The translations under genes and the position numbers were made by a program. From the NCBI RefSeq assembly GCF_001194135.2, contig NC_068985.1, forward strand, positions 44,346,971 through 44,410,970: a stretch of 64,000 nt of DNA. Reading direction: 5' to 3'. Each line of letters begins with the position of its first letter. The stretch's first letter is position 1. The notes under the pieces are model-generated. The model was not told where the DNA came from. It worked only from the letters and a program-made list of their open reading frames with translations, and did not search any database. Of this stretch, positions 36,524 through 51,637 are shown in pieces. Origin of the DNA: Octopus bimaculoides (lineage: Eukaryota).

Positions 36524-37013
36524 CCATCTTGCCATGGTACCCCTTGTTAAAATTTGCTGCAGCTGTGTTGTGGTTCTGGACAGTTCTCTTTAATCCACAT
36601 AGCTCTTAGTTCACACAACTTTTGGGAGTACATCTAGGAAAATATTGTTTGCGGTATTAGCAAAGAAATTATGGTTAAGAGTTTGAGTATATTTGTGAAG
36701 ACAATATCATCAGCTCTTGTGTGTGTGTGTGTGTGTGTGTGTGTCTATACATATATATATATATATATACGTATATATGTAGTCATTTTAGCATCCACTT
36801 TTTTTATGTTTGGATGGAACAAATGGAATTTATTCCAGAGATAGATTGTTTATAGCCAGATATCCTTCCTGTTGCCAACCATTGTCTATTTGCAAGCAAA
36901 AACTTGCCCCATGGCTGGAGAAGTTTTTGCAGAAGTTTGAAAACAAAGGATTCCAAATGTGTAATGGTCGTACTTGTTTCCAACTATCATGCAATATCAA
37001 CACAAGGAGTGAG

Positions 37014-37051
<38 letters not shown>

Positions 37052-39382
37052 TGTGTGTGTATATATGTGTGTAAAAAGATTTGGTGTGGGTACTGGTGCC
37101 ACATAAAAAGCGCTGGTGATGGTGACATAGAAAAAGCATCTAGTACACTCTTGTAAAGTGGTTGGCATTAGAAAGGCCATCAAGCTGTAGAAACCAAACC
37201 AAAACACTATGGAAGCTGGTGCAGCCCCTGGCCTTGCTAGTTCCTCTCAAGCTGTGCAAAGTATGCCAGCATGGAAAATGGATGTTAGATGTTGATGATA
37301 ATGATGTTATATATTTACACACACACACACACACAGAAGCTTCTTCCAGTTTGTGTCTAATAAATTCATTCACAAATTTTGGTCAAGCCAAGACTAGATA
37401 GCAGAAGACTTTTGCCCAAGGTGCCAAGCAGTGGGACTGAACCTGTAACCACAATATTGTGAAGTGAAATCCTGAACCATACAGCCATGTTGGCATCTAT
37501 CTCTATCTCAGAGAGAAATATGGGTTTGGTTGCAGAAAACTCTTCAAAGAAAACACCAAGTGATACAAAACTATCTTAAGCATGTCTAGGAAACATCATT
37601 CATTTCACCAGTTGATCCTCACAATGAGGAGTACATATGTGTGTGTATGTGTGTGTTACTAACTCACTATCTTGATACTATTTCTTCACCATAGTAATCC
37701 TAAACAGTCATTTAAACAGATGGCAGTTAGTTTGTTGAAATTTACCTGTTGCAGACTGCATAATACATAACTGATCTCTGTCCTAACTATATTTATAACA
37801 ATAACAACAGTTTTCTATTGATGAGAGAAATAAAAGCTGTTAGGGGAGGATTTGGAGTGCAAAGCTGATATGAAAAAAAAAAAATGAGGCCATTGTTTTC
37901 TTTAGTATGTATATGTGTGGGTGGGATGACGAAGAATTTGGCTAACTCAATTGGAAAGTGTCCAAATCAACTAGAACACTCAATGAAATTGGCAGTTGAT
38001 GTCTAAAAATTAATGTAGGTTATGAATAAAATAATAATTTCAAAGATAGGCTCAAGTGGCAGGCATGGCTGAGTAGTTTAGAAGTTCACTTTGCAACCAG
38101 GTAGTTTCAGGTTTGGTTCCATTGTATGGCCTCTTGGATAACTGTCTTCTACTGCAGCCTCAGGTTGAATAATGCTTAAGGCAGTAAACTGGAATAGTTG
38201 ATAGAGTATTTCTGACTTTCCATGCTCTGAGTTCAAATCCCACCAAGGTCAACTTTGTCTTCTATTTTTTTTTGGGGGGGGGGTACAAAAAATACCAATC
38301 TAGGGTTGAGGATTAGTGAAACTTGAACAACATTAGATTAGATGGTTTGCAAGTATGCACTCTGGCCCTTTGTGTTCTGACAGCAATGTCTACTACAAAA
38401 CTGGGGCTCAAATGTATTGGCTTTGAAGTGGAAACCGTTTCCCTAAATAATGTCAGTGCTATTGAGAGGGAAGGTTTGTATGCTCGGGCAACTGTTACTC
38501 TTTTACAAAAAAACCTTTCTTGGGCCTTCACATATAGATACACATTCAACTCTCACTGATGAAGGCCTCTTGATAAATACCTTGTGAGTGAAACAGGTAA
38601 TGGGAAACAGTACAAAAGCCTATTGTGTGTGTGTGTGAGTGTATTTGTATGGGTGTATGTGTACATGTATGTGTGTCTAGATATCAGTCTTTATGTTAAC
38701 ACTATTGAAAATTGCTGTATTTCTTTATGGCCAGGAACTTGTTTATACTCCATAACCTAGCAGTTCAACAAACAGAGAAGAATAAATACCAGACTTTAAA
38801 ATGGAAAAAGTACTGGGGTTGAAATGATTGACTAACACTCTTGAAATGGTTGCAATCTGACGACTGAAACAAGTAAAAGCTTAAAGTCAGAAATTGTTTT
38901 ATAGGCCTTAAATTGTACCTTAAATTGAGCCCATTCTTGACTTGTATTTTATGTTATAAGATACAAATGCTAGTTCAATATTATTGTTTGATATCCATCT
39001 TCCGTGTTGGCATGGATTGGATGGTTTGAAAGGAACTAAGAAGCCAGAGAATTCTGCTGAGCTCTAATTACCATCTTGTGTTTTAAGTTGTAGTGAGAAG
39101 AGGAAGGGACAATGAGACAATGCCAATGACCCTTTTTGGAGTTTCTGAGAATGATGGTTGGAAAAGAAGGAAGTTTCTCTTAAGCCAGACACCTGGCCTG
39201 AAATGCATGCAGCAGAGTAAACTCTGATAAAGAAACCTGAAGACCAGGCAGGTAGTGGTGTTAGACCAAGTAAGGGATCAAGAACAGGAATAGTCTCTTT
39301 AACAGCTTCCATACAGTTTCTGACTATCAAGTTTTACTCACAAGTTTTTGATTGATTTAAAGCTAGATTGGTATTTTATTGT

Positions 39383-39927
39383 GAAGGCACATGGCGCAGT
39401 GGTTAGCATGTCAGGCTCACAATCATTAGATTGTTGAGATCACATACAACCTGAACTGGGCTGTATGTTGTGTTGTTGAGCAAGACACTTTATTTCATGT
39501 GGCTCCAGTTCTCTCAGCTGTAGAAATGAGTTGTGACATCACTGGTGCCGAGCTGTACCAGCCTCCAACTTTCCCTTGGACAACATTGGTGTCGTGGAGA
39601 GGGGAGGCTGGTATGCATGAGTGACATGAGGTAGTGAGTTCGATTCCTGGACTAGGCTGTGTGTTGTGTTCGTGAGCAAGACACTTTATTTCACATTGCT
39701 CCAGTTTGCTCAGCTGTAGAAATGAGTTGCAACATCACTGGTGCCAAGGTGTATCGGCCTTTGCCTTTCCCTTGGGTAACACCTGTGGCATGGAGAGGGG
39801 AAGCTGGTATGCATGGGCGACTGTTGGTCTTCCATAAACATCATTGTCCGGACTTGTGCCTCGGAGGGTAACTTTCTAGGTGCAATCCCATGGTCATGCA
39901 TGACTGAAGGGGATCTTCACCCTTTAC
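39383..39927 (+). mobile_element. Family C SINE with an internal partial tandem duplication
   Basis: TGGCGCAGTGG A box; GAGCAAGACACTTTATTTCA...CTCAGCTGTAGAAATGAGTTG occurs twice; tail TGACTGAAGGGGATCTTCACCCTTTA. Confidence 0.85.
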
Positions 39928-40157
39928 TTTATTGTCCACAGAAGGATGAAATATAAATTCAACCTTGATGAGATTTAAAAAGAAGAAACAAAGAGCCACA
40001 AGTAATTTTCCTGAGTGCTCTATTGTTTCTGTTAGTCATGAGCTTTCAGTATGGGAAAAAATTAATAAAAAAGATAATTATTTTGGAGAGAAATGGGTCT
40101 GGATCAGCAGATCATCAGGTTAAATGCTGTTTAGTGCTTAATACAGTGCTTTTCACT

Positions 40158-40523
40158 TGTGATTGTAAGTTAATGGTTTTGTTCCTAGAGTGGGATGAGG
40201 TTGACTCTGGAAAACATGGGACAAGGTGATGGAACATGATCTACAGATGTTGAATCTTATCGAGGAGATGACAAATGATCAAGACTTTTGGCGATTCACT
40301 GTGTTTCAGAACACACATCAAGCCAAGTGAAATTGTAGTCATGGCCAGTGCCAGTGACATGTAAAAGGCACTCACTACATTCTTTGGGTGGTTAACATTA
40401 GGAAGGGCATCCAAGCCAAATCAGATTGGAACCTGGTGCAGCTCTCTGGCTTACCAGTCCCAGTCAAACCGTCTGACCCATGTCAGCATGGAAAACAGAT
40501 GCTAAATGATGATGATAATGATG
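40158..40523 (+). mobile_element. RTE-clade LINE 3' end
   Basis: KTWDKVMEHDLQMLNLIEEMTNDQDFWRFTVFQNTHQAK*, then UTR and (ATG)n tail. Confidence 0.8.
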
Positions 40524-41316
40524 AGTGAGTGGTACATTGTGTTCTTGAGCAAAACACTTCATTTCATGCTGTTCCAGTCCACTCAGAGATAAGTGAGTAA
40601 CCCTGCGACAGACTGGCACTTAATTCTTCATTATCTCCAAAATTAACTGAAACAAAGATAGCATATTTGGACAGAAATGTGGAAATGAACAGGTTAAAAG
40701 AGTACATTGTAATATGACCTAAGTCTGGTTGCTAATTTTAGTAGGTTGAATTACTACATAGGGACACTTTCAGAGTTCAGTAAAGGCAGCCATATTTGAC
40801 TGAAATCATGTTGGTCTTACTGGATAATCAACTCTGTAACATGTAATTTGGTTTGGAGAGGCAGAACTATAAGAAATAAAGGGTAGAGAGAAATATATTG
40901 ATGGGAGGGAAAGGTGGAAGGAGACGGGGTGGAAGGAGACGGGGTGGATGGATGAAGTAGAGAGAGAGAGAGAGAGAGATGAGAAAGAGGAGGCGGTAGA
41001 GAGTGACGGATAGATGAGTAGAGGGAGAGAGCTAGAAAGAGATATGATGAAAGTGGCAGAGGGAAGAGAGAGGAAAGAAGGAGAGAAAGAGAGGAAGGAG
41101 TGAGTAAGGAAAGAAGTAGAGGAAGTTGAGGGAGGAAGTAGGAGGTGGGAAGTAGAGAATTGAAAGGGAATATACAAAAAGTATAGAAAGACAAGAAAGA
41201 GAGATAGAGTAAAGGAGACAGGAGAGGAGAAGCAGAAACAGATAGAGAGTACCTTGAAGTAATAAAAAAAAGGATAATGTGTTGACTGAAAAATGAAAAT
41301 GGAAGGTGGAAAGGAG

Positions 41317-41352
<36 letters not shown>

Positions 41353-41378
41353 GAGAGAGGGAGAGAGAGAGAAAGAAT

Positions 41379-41417
<39 letters not shown>

Positions 41418-41856
41418 CTGAGGTTGGAAAATCTCTGTAAGAAAAGATAATTTTTTTTTTATAAGTTGGCAGGCATGTTTTACAATCACCAATGGTAATT
41501 TTTATATTCCACCATGATATTGGCAATGGGTCAAGCATACGAAGGGAGATTAGTTAAATAAAGACTTAGTTGCCTGGCTGGCCAGTTGGTGCCAAGGATT
41601 CATTTAATTTACCATCTGTGTATCTTTCTAAACAAAACAATAACGAAACAATAAGAATTGACCAAATCCAGTCAATCAGACTGCCTGGATGGAAGACAGC
41701 TTACGGGGTATTATTCTAAATCCAAAATTTGTAATATTTTTATTTTCATGTCTTTATTTACAGAGAATTTCACATTGTTTCTCTTTCCACAGATAGAAAC
41801 ACAAAAATAAATCAAAAACTTGTGTTAGAACACAAATGAAAACAGTAAAAAAATAT

Positions 41857-42083
41857 TTAACCCTTGAGTATTTAAACCAGCCATATCCAGCCCAAATATT
41901 CTACCTGTTTTGCGTTCAGAATGGCTAGATTTGACCTCTCACACATATCTACAATGTTATTCTAAATATAAACATTTACATCATCAAAATCTTGAAGCTA
42001 TGAGATGATGCTTGATTAATTCAAAACAATGAGAAAAAATAAGCATTACATATGACAGAGTAATCTGAATGCTAAAAGGTTAA
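41857..42083 (+). mobile_element. piggyBac-type MITE, copy 3
   Basis: TTAA-CCCTTGAG...CTAAAAGG-TTAA; interior colinear with copy 1. Confidence 0.8.
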
Positions 42084-42534
42084 TATTATCTGGGTTTCAT
42101 ATTTAAGGGGCTATGTAAGGAATGGTGTGGTTATGTGATGAAGAAGGCTGCTAAGCAATCTGAGGATATTAAGTTCGATGCCACTCCATAGCATTTTGGT
42201 AAGTATCCTTTCTTTTAGCTTTGGGTTTGCACAAAGCTTTGTGAGTGAAATTGTGTAGATTGAAACTATGCAGAAGCCATCAGATGTTCTTGGGTGATGA
42301 AGTATTGCTTGACTTTTGTGAGCCTAATTTAACACCACCACCTGGTCTTTGGGTGTCTTTAGTGAAGTCTACTCTATTGTAAGTAGGTCTCTGGTTTGAG
42401 GGTATAAAAGTTTCTCCCTTCTCTTTATCTCCACTAGCAAAAGCTCTGGAAAGAAAGTCATGAATATTACTTTTGCTCCTCTGATAAATGTATTCTGGGA
42501 TATGAAGATATAGTAACCTACAGACACCCTGCAG

Positions 42535-43346
42535 TTTTAGTTAGCAGGAAAGAAGACAAGACCCTACTTTAATGAAAGAAATAGCCATGCTTGATATGCA
42601 AAAATGGAGTACATAGAAATTCAGTATGGTGAACCCACTGTAAACTATGGACATACAAAAGATGTGGCTCATAGGCAATTGATAGCAAAAAAGGAAGTAG
42701 ACTTTATATGTATAAGGTCACTGAAGCAGTCAGCAGGAAGATGTGAAATAGATTCTTTTCAATGCATGGGAAACACGCTAGAAATAATTGAAAGCTTTTT
42801 TTTTTTTTTACCCAGGTAACCAGATTAGCAGTGGAGGTAGGGTGTTCTTGAAGCCATCATGGCTGGAGTTTGAACAGGTTTGAAATAATTCAATGAGTTG
42901 TTACCTCTTCTGGCAATAAGATTTCTCACTCAGCATGTAAAGTAGAATGTATGGTGCATGTGTATAAAGCATGTGTGGAGGATTAATGGTGGTTAGAAAG
43001 AAATGAGGTGAGCATGTTCTGCTGGATGTGTAATGTTGGTGCGCATGAATAGCAGAGCACGGATGATTTGACAAAAAAAAAAAAACAACCTAGATTTAAG
43101 AGGAAAAAGATGTAGTGTGCAAGAGAGAAGACTGCACTTACGGAGGACGTAAGTTATTAAAGAAATGCAGAGAGCTCCAAGTAGATGAAACTTGTGGGAA
43201 AGGGGCCTACGAAAACATAGAATGAAATTATGAAAACTGATCTCATGAAGTTGGATCTCACAAAGGAGATGATGACTGACCATAATGAGTTGTGATTGTG
43301 ATGTCAGAGAAGACATGCATAGCAAAATGGACATTAAGATGGTGGT
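42535..43346 (+). mobile_element. Decayed RTE-clade LINE, C-terminal half of RT
   Basis: With frameshifts: VLVSRK..PCLICKNGV..NS..HCKLWTYKRC, LEIIESF, LERNEVSMFCWMCNV, RCSVQERRL, IMKTDLMKLDLTKEMMTD. Confidence 0.8.
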
Positions 43347-44959
43347 GCTAATGGAGGTTGGCAATTGCCAGCATAATGAAATATGACATCAGCTTTGTCC
43401 ATATTCAATTACCTTACTATCACTATTCTTTATCACTAGTCACTACTCTCTCACTACCATTACTCCTGCCTATTGGCACATATCACTCTCTTCTTTAATT
43501 TCTCATATTCCCATTACTCCTTCTTCTATTACCTTATCACCCGCCTACAACTCTCCATTTCTCTCATTACAACATTCATCCTGTTCCAGTATTCAATCTC
43601 CTTACCAACAACCGATATGTAGCTGTCTATCAATGTCTCTTCTTCATCAGTTCTGCTTCTTTTACCCTCTTGATCATGCTATTTTGAGACACTATACAGT
43701 AAAGAGAAGAGAGGACTCTCTGAGCTCTGCTGGCAACAAGACATCCTCTCCAGTGTTGGTACCGTGATAAATTACATCCTTTACATTTGATAAAGTAGCT
43801 GGCCAGAGAACAGAATCAAGTTACTTTGAGACACTGCAGAGAATAGAAGACTCTGTTGCATTGTATCACAATAAAATACATCCAGTACACTCTGTACAAT
43901 GGCTGGTATTGGAAAGAGCAACCAGCAGTAGAAATTATGCCAGAAATGGACCATACATATGTGATATGGTCTCTGACTCATCCACAAGGGTAGTAATTCC
44001 AAAAAAGAATTCAGGCAATGATAACCCATCTAACCCATGTCAGAATTTAAAAAAAAAAAAAAAAAAGACACAAAAATAATGGGAAAAAAAGTGAACATAA
44101 AATAATGATGACGATAAAAATGATATTATATACATTTATATCAATGTTATACTATTGCTGTTATATATTTTATATTGTTGTTATATGCCATTTGATATAA
44201 AAGATATACAGACTTCTAAAAGGAGCAAAAAATAAAGAAGTTCGTATGTGTGGGGGATTCTATAGAGCAGAAAATAGTTATAATATCTAGAAAATATATC
44301 TGCAATAAAACAACATGAAACTGTTTATAATCAAACCAGCTATTTCAAAATAGAAAATACTTTAAAATTAACACAAAAAAGTTAAAAAAAAAAAAAGAAA
44401 AGAAAACAGTAAGTGAAATATAAACCAACAACACAAAAAATAAAATAATTAATAAAAAGGATTATTCCACCCCATTTTACATACAGATCTACTAATATGG
44501 TAGGGTATAGGGTATATTATTGTTGTTGTTGTTAATGCTGGAGTTGTAGTTTATTCACTTGCTTTTATTTCTTTTGTTTAATAGAGCAGAATAGAATTAG
44601 AGTTAGGAATGAGGCGAAGAAAAAAAATAAAACAATGTTAATACACACACATGTATGTGCATGCGTGTGTGTGTGCGTATGTACATACATACATATGTAT
44701 ATATATATATAATACACACACATACATTTGTTTTAAATGTGCTACATTCTTTGTCTTTTTATTATTTATATATACATATATATATATATAAGCCAATTCA
44801 AAGAGGAGGCAGGGAGGGAGGGGGAGAGAGAGAGAGAGTGAGGACGATAAATTACAGCAATAGTCTTCGAGTAAAAAAAAAGATTACTTCAAAGACAGAG
44901 CAATAATACAGTAGGGTAGATTAGAATCTATCAGCTTCCAGTCATGTTGCTGTCTGTCT

Positions 44960-44992
<33 letters not shown>

Positions 44993-45223
44993 ACGTACAT
45001 ATATAGACACACACACACAAGAGAAAACATGAATATACCACATACATATATCAGAACATGCACATACACAGAGCTACATACACAGAGCTACATACACACA
45101 TACTAAAGCATGTACATATACACATATGCATACACAGATGCTATTTAATTCACATGGCTTATACAGATGCTGTCAGTAAAAAGAGGAGATATGGTGATAA
45201 CAGGTTGTTTGTTGGAGAGAAAC

Positions 45224-45262
<39 letters not shown>

Positions 45263-45849
45263 GAAAATAACTAGAGTTAGTGTTATTTAATAAGTAGTTA
45301 TGTGACCTGAAGTTCATAGTTTCAAATCTTACCAGGGCTGCTAAAAAAATCATTACCTTTGCACAGTGTTTAGTTGTAGTCCATTACACCCTGAGTTCAA
45401 ATCCTGCTACAGTTGACTTTACTTTTCATTCTTTCAGGGATAACGAAATAATTACTAGAAGAGTTGACTAGTGGGTACCCCTCCATTCCTGTCACAACAG
45501 TAGAGATGATCACCCATTGTTGGATACTTCTGATTATCAAAATATAAAGTAATTGATTTGTTTTCTACATTAATGTGTGGATAAATCATCATTGTTTTAA
45601 TGTCCACTTTCCAAGCTTGCATGGGTTGGAGAGAATTTGTGGATGTAGATTTTCATTACGGCCAGATACCCTACCTGTCACTGACCCTCACCTGTTTCCA
45701 AGAAAATTTTTCACATGACCAAACATGTTTCCATGGAAAATTGGAAACAAAAGACACCACTTGCATGGCAGGGACACTTGTTTACAGCTATCATATGATG
45801 TCAAAGCAAGGAGACAGTAAAATATAAACATATTTAAACATGGATTACT

Positions 45850-46179
45850 GAAGGCACATGGTTCAGTGGTTAGATCAACGAGCTCACAATCATGAGGTAG
45901 TGAGTTTGATTCCTGGACCAGGCTGTGTTGTGTTCTTGAGCAAGACACTTTATTTCACATTGCTCCAGTTCACTCAGCTGTAGAAATGAGTTGTAACATT
46001 ACTAGTGCCAAGCTGTATTGGCCTTTGCCTTTCCTTTGAATAACATCAGTGGCATGAAGAGGGGAGCCTTACATGCACTGGTGACTGCATGTCTGCAATA
46101 AATAACCTTGTCCAGATTTGTGCTTCAAAGGGTAATTATCTAGGTGCAATCTCATGATCATTAATGACTGAAGGGGGTC

Positions 46180-46184
<5 letters not shown>
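45850..46184 (+). mobile_element. Family C SINE, full length
   Basis: Same head, core and GAAGGGGGTCTTTAC tail. Confidence 0.85.
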
Positions 46185-46224
<40 letters not shown>

Positions 46225-46827
46225 TCAGTTTCTGTTTACAAAATCCATTCACAAGGCTTAGGTTAACCTGGAGCTATAGCAGAAGACATTTGCCCAAGGT
46301 GTCACACTGTGGGGCTGAACCCAGAACCATGCAGTTGAGAAGCAAGCTTCTTATCGCACAGCCATGCCTGCACTTCATAGTAAGCATATATAACACAAAC
46401 AGAGACGGACATGTAGAGATTTTATACCAATGTTTCCTTAATCTTTTTAAACTATTGCCCTTTCTTTTTCTAACATTTTTTCAATGCCAACCCCTGCTTG
46501 CTATGATTCATAGTTGCCATCCACCACCAATTTTAATGTATGTACACATAATATCAAGTGAGAGAATTTAAGTTCTGAGTACTAGTTTGATGCGGGTGAT
46601 GACATACCACAGCACCACTCTACTGTAGGAGAATATTCAACACATCACCTCTTGACCTTAGTTTTTGACCTGACCTTTAAGCACGTGCCTTTGGCCAGAC
46701 TGAAGTATGTATTCTTTGTATTTCACGCATATGTTTGTTATTATCAGTTGATATTTATAATTATATCCTGAACCCATGCTAGCATGGAAAGCGGACGTTA
46801 AACGATGATGATGATGATTTATAGTTG

Positions 46828-47085
46828 TCTTTCTCTTTTCGTCCTTTTAGAGACTAGCCAGGCTAATCGGCCTGGTTTCCCGGTTTCAATGGCGTATGTG
46901 TTCCCCAGCAGGACGGGAAGCCAGTCCATCACAGCATTACTCATTTTTGTCAGCTGAGTGGACTGGAGCAACGTGAAATGAAGTGTTTTGCTCATGAGTA
47001 CAACGCGTCACCCGGTCCAAGAATTGAAACCACAATCTTACGATCATGATGCTGACACATTAACCACTAAGCCACGCACCTCCAC
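46828..47085 (-). mobile_element. Family G SINE, full length
   Basis: 11-bp TSD ATTTATAGTTG at 46817-46827 and 47086-47096; A and B boxes on the minus strand. Confidence 0.85.
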
Positions 47086-47376
47086 ATTTATAGTTGCATT
47101 TTCTATATATTTATGCAGTTAGAATCAACAACACCCAAGTATGTACATTTGCATATTTATGCATGTACAAGTTGGAATGATACCTAATGTTACAGGTGCA
47201 GTGGCTGCCTTTAGTGCATGTATGGAAATACCCAAAACTTTTGACATCTTTTATATTATATTTTAGTTCATTATTTATAATATATCTGCATAGGTATTAT
47301 GTATTAAGTTGTGTTTATTTATTTATTCACATTTCAAAGCCTATTGTTATTATTATCATTATTATTATTATCATTA

Positions 47377-47570
47377 TGGCAGTGAGTTGGCAGAATTGTT
47401 AGCACATGAGGCAAGATGCTTAGCAGCATTTTGACTGTTTTTATGTTCTGAGTTGTCTTTGCTTTCATCCTTTCGGGGTCGATAAAAAAGTACCAGTTGA
47501 ACACTGGGGTTGATGTTATTGACTTACCCCTCCCCCCAAATTACTGGCCTTGTGCTAAAATTTGAAATCA
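47377..47570 (+). mobile_element. Family D SINE
   Basis: GGCAGTGAGTTGGCAGAATTGTTAGC head and GGCCTTGTGCTAAAATTTG tail, between (TTA)n runs. Confidence 0.8.
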
Positions 47571-48369
47571 TTATTATCATTGTTGTTATTTCAACTGCTG
47601 TTGTGATTGTAGACATACACACACTAACACACATGTAGACATACACACATATACACATGTACAGACATAGAAAGCTTTACTTATTATAGAATCTCTATAA
47701 ACTAAAGAACTGATAATGATGATGATGATGTTTAGCCCTAGGACAAGACTGACTGAGTACAAACCAAATCATTACTTCTATGACCATATTGCCCAGTTAA
47801 ATGTAGGGCTACATTATCTCATGTGCCTCTTATTTAAAACAACAGGGTATGATTTGAAATAGAATTAGCAACTATTTCTAGCAGATTAACCAGCTACATA
47901 GAGGTTCCCTTATTGGCTCATGGCTAAAGCAGTTATTCCTGGAAGATGGGTAGTAAAACTAAGTCTAAAGAAAGGTAAATAACAAAAAATATAATAACTA
48001 CAACAGTAATAACAATAACAATGATAGTTCATGAACAAAATGGTAAAACAGTGATATAGGCTATTCTTCATGAATGGCACAAAAACAAAGAATATATAAA
48101 TGAATAAATAAAAGATCTCATTAGCGATATATTTTTGTTGGATGGAATAGCAATTAAAATTGGTTGCAGACATGTTTTAAAGATTCTAAGAGATACATAT
48201 AGTTTCAAATACATACATAAATAATATTTGCATAAATAACGAGTATCATATTTAAATAGCTTTTGTTTCTAAATAACATGTAGGTGCAGATGTGGCTGCA
48301 TGGTTAAGAAGCTTGCTCCCCAACAATGTGGACTGGGGTTCAGTCCTACTGCTGAAAAGAAGCCCATCA

Positions 48370-48415
<46 letters not shown>

Positions 48416-49039
48416 NNNNNNNNNNNNNNNNNNNNNNNNNNNNNNNNNNNNNNNNNNNNNNNNNNNNNNNNNNNNNNNNNNNNNNNNNNNNNNNNNNNNN
48501 NNNNNNNNNNNNNNNNNNNNNNNNNNNNNNNNNNNNNNNNNNNNNNNNNNNNNNNNNNNNNNNNNNNNNNNNNNNNNNNNNNNNNNNNNNNNNNNNNNNN
48601 NNNNNNNNNNNNNNNNNNNNNNNNNNNNNNNNNNNNNNNNNNNNNNNNNNNNNNNNNNNNNNNNNNNNNNNNNNNNNNNNNNNNNNNNNNNNNNNNNNNN
48701 NNNNNNNNNNNNNNNNNNNNNNNNNNNNNNNNNNNNNNNNNNNNNNNNNNNNNNNNNNNNNNNNNNNNNNNNNNNNNNNNNNNNNNNNNNNNNNNNNNNN
48801 NNNNNNNNNNNNNNNNNNNNNNNNNNNNNNNNNNNNNNNNNNNNNNNNNNNNNNNNNNNNNNNNNNNNNNNNNNNNNNNNNNNNNNNNNNNNNNNNNNNN
48901 NNNNNNNNNNNNNNNNNNNNNNNNNNNNNNNNNNNNNNNNNNNNCATACATGATACAAAGAAAACAAGGATAGGTCATTTAGAGTCTTTGTTTTCTTTGT
49001 ATCATCTGTCTGGATGTTTTACGTTCTTGTCCCATTTTG

Positions 49040-49088
<49 letters not shown>

Positions 49089-51637
49089 TATATATATATA
49101 TATATATGATGGGCTCTCCCGTCGAAAATGATATATGAGTGTTCAGCTTTTGCCAAATGACTTGTACAAATGATTTGTTTATAGTGATCAAATATTAGTG
49201 CCACACATTAGCTCACTCTCTCCTGGTTGGCGTTATTAAGGGCATCTGGCTGTAGAAACTCTGCCATATCAGATTAGAGCCTGGTGTAGCCATCTGGTTC
49301 ACCAGTCCTCAGTCAAATCGTCCAACCCATGCTAGCATGGAAAGCGGACGTTAAATGATGATGATGACATACATCCATACATATACATCATACATGCTTA
49401 CATATATTATATATCTTACATACATACATATATTTATTTTTAATATAAGGGAGTAAAATATTAAAGTAATATTTGAAAAAATATATAGAAATAAAAATAT
49501 ATTTTAAAAATAATAACATAATTATATATATAAATAAGCATAAGTATATCTATTTCCCCTAAAAATAACAATAATGTTTTCAGTCTTCAAGTTAATGTTT
49601 AATAACAATAAGAACAACAAAAATAACTTAAGCAATAAAAAAAGATAATTAAAATTTTCTTCACCTTTTCATCTTGTAATTTTGTTTATAGAAGAAATAT
49701 CAGATTGAAAGATGAAAAGAGAGATAACAATAATAAAACAGACGTAGGTGTTTTATTTATCAATTTATCTATCTATCTATCAGTCAATCATACATGTATA
49801 TAGATATATATACATACACACATATATACATTTATATACATACATATATATGCATAAATACACATACATATACACACGTACATATATATACATACATACA
49901 CATGCACATATATATCTACACAGACACACACATATATATATCTACATCCACACACACACACACACACATATATATCTACACACAGACGCACACACATATA
50001 TCTACACACAGACACACACACACATATATAGCTACACAGACACACACATATTTAAATACATATATACATAAATACATATACATACATACACATACAGATA
50101 TTTAAATACACTCAAACAAATACATACATACACACAAGTGCAGATATCTAAATACACATACATAAACACATACACCCACACAGACATGCACACACACAGA
50201 CATGCACACGCACAAAAGAAAATGAGATGACAAAGGAATAAATGATTATCATATGAACTTCATTAGCTTACAGCTGTTTCTACTATAAGATTCAGTGGAC
50301 TCATAGCTGAGTACCTGAGTGACACCTTCCAGCTTCATCAGAGCTTCAAATATGAAGTGCAATTTATTTGGGAAAAGCATTACCAATGAGAAAGCCAACT
50401 CAGATGTGTATAAAGAAGTGTATATCCAGATTTAGATAAATGGTAATTAGCTCTAATATATGAATATACACTCATGTGTGTATATATACATACACACATA
50501 AATATATATATACATACATATATATAAATTCATGAACAGTTATACAAATACATGTTATGGGGTGACAGTGCTAAGCACTGATGTGTATAAATACAAGGTT
50601 ATTACCAGTTCAAATATGCTTGAAGTGTACTTGAACCTGTAATAAAGCCATTCACAGTGTTTTGTCAAGGAGAAAATTTTGCACAGTAGACAAATGCTGC
50701 TTCTAATTCAACTGATTCAGAAGTAGCAAAAAGTTGTAAAGAATTGAAATATATACAGAAAATTATCTCCAGTGGAATGATGGTAATGTTTTATTTTAAG
50801 ATCATTCGCTACTATTGCCATTTAGTGCAAGGTCAGCCCTGATTCAGTAGATTTATGATAAAAGACATTCCACACACGACTATCCATTACACTTTATATC
50901 TAGGATTATTGTCTATTATTGTCTATCCTTCCTATTTGAGGATAGTCACATTTGGCTGCTATTTCTAGCAGGTCTAGTAACTGGCTCAGGTTCCTGTATT
51001 TATCTGCAAAATGGTGATAAGGAACTAATACCAATTTACAGGTTTGGCTTCCTGTTGGAACACACTGTCTTCATTTGTTTGTTAGTTTTTTTCACACCTG
51101 TTTCGTTGTGCTTGTATGGGTTAAATATATCACTGAGTCATTGTTTTTACAGCTTGATGCCCTTCCTGTTGCTGTCCTGTTTTTAAAGTAAGGAATGTTT
51201 CAAGGTGCAAAACCAGCAAATGATTCACAGGTGGAGGATGACATCATTGCTAATAGCTCAGCAATTTTCAGAGAAATGAACATGTATACAAACACACACA
51301 CACACATGCATCACACATACATGTGCATAACAGACAGACAGACAGACAGACAGCCAGCCAGCCAGACAGACAGACAGACAGACACACAAAATAGCTCTTT
51401 CATGTTCTGTCAAGCAAATCGAAACACAAGATACTTAGACATGGTTTAACCCAGTGGGATTGAACTCAAAACCACATGGTTGGGAAGCAAACTTCTTAAC
51501 ACGGACTCATGCAGATGCCTTCATTTTTAGTTTGGAAATGAAGAAGAACTCAGTGAAATAACTTTATCCTTATTAACCTGGTATTTGGAACACATATCAA
51601 CATGAAATATTGAATCAAAATTTTAATTACAATCACT

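Noticed and set aside
48252-49131. Longest ORFs in the track; also 32220-32741 and 60913-61729
   Set aside because: They run through N gaps.
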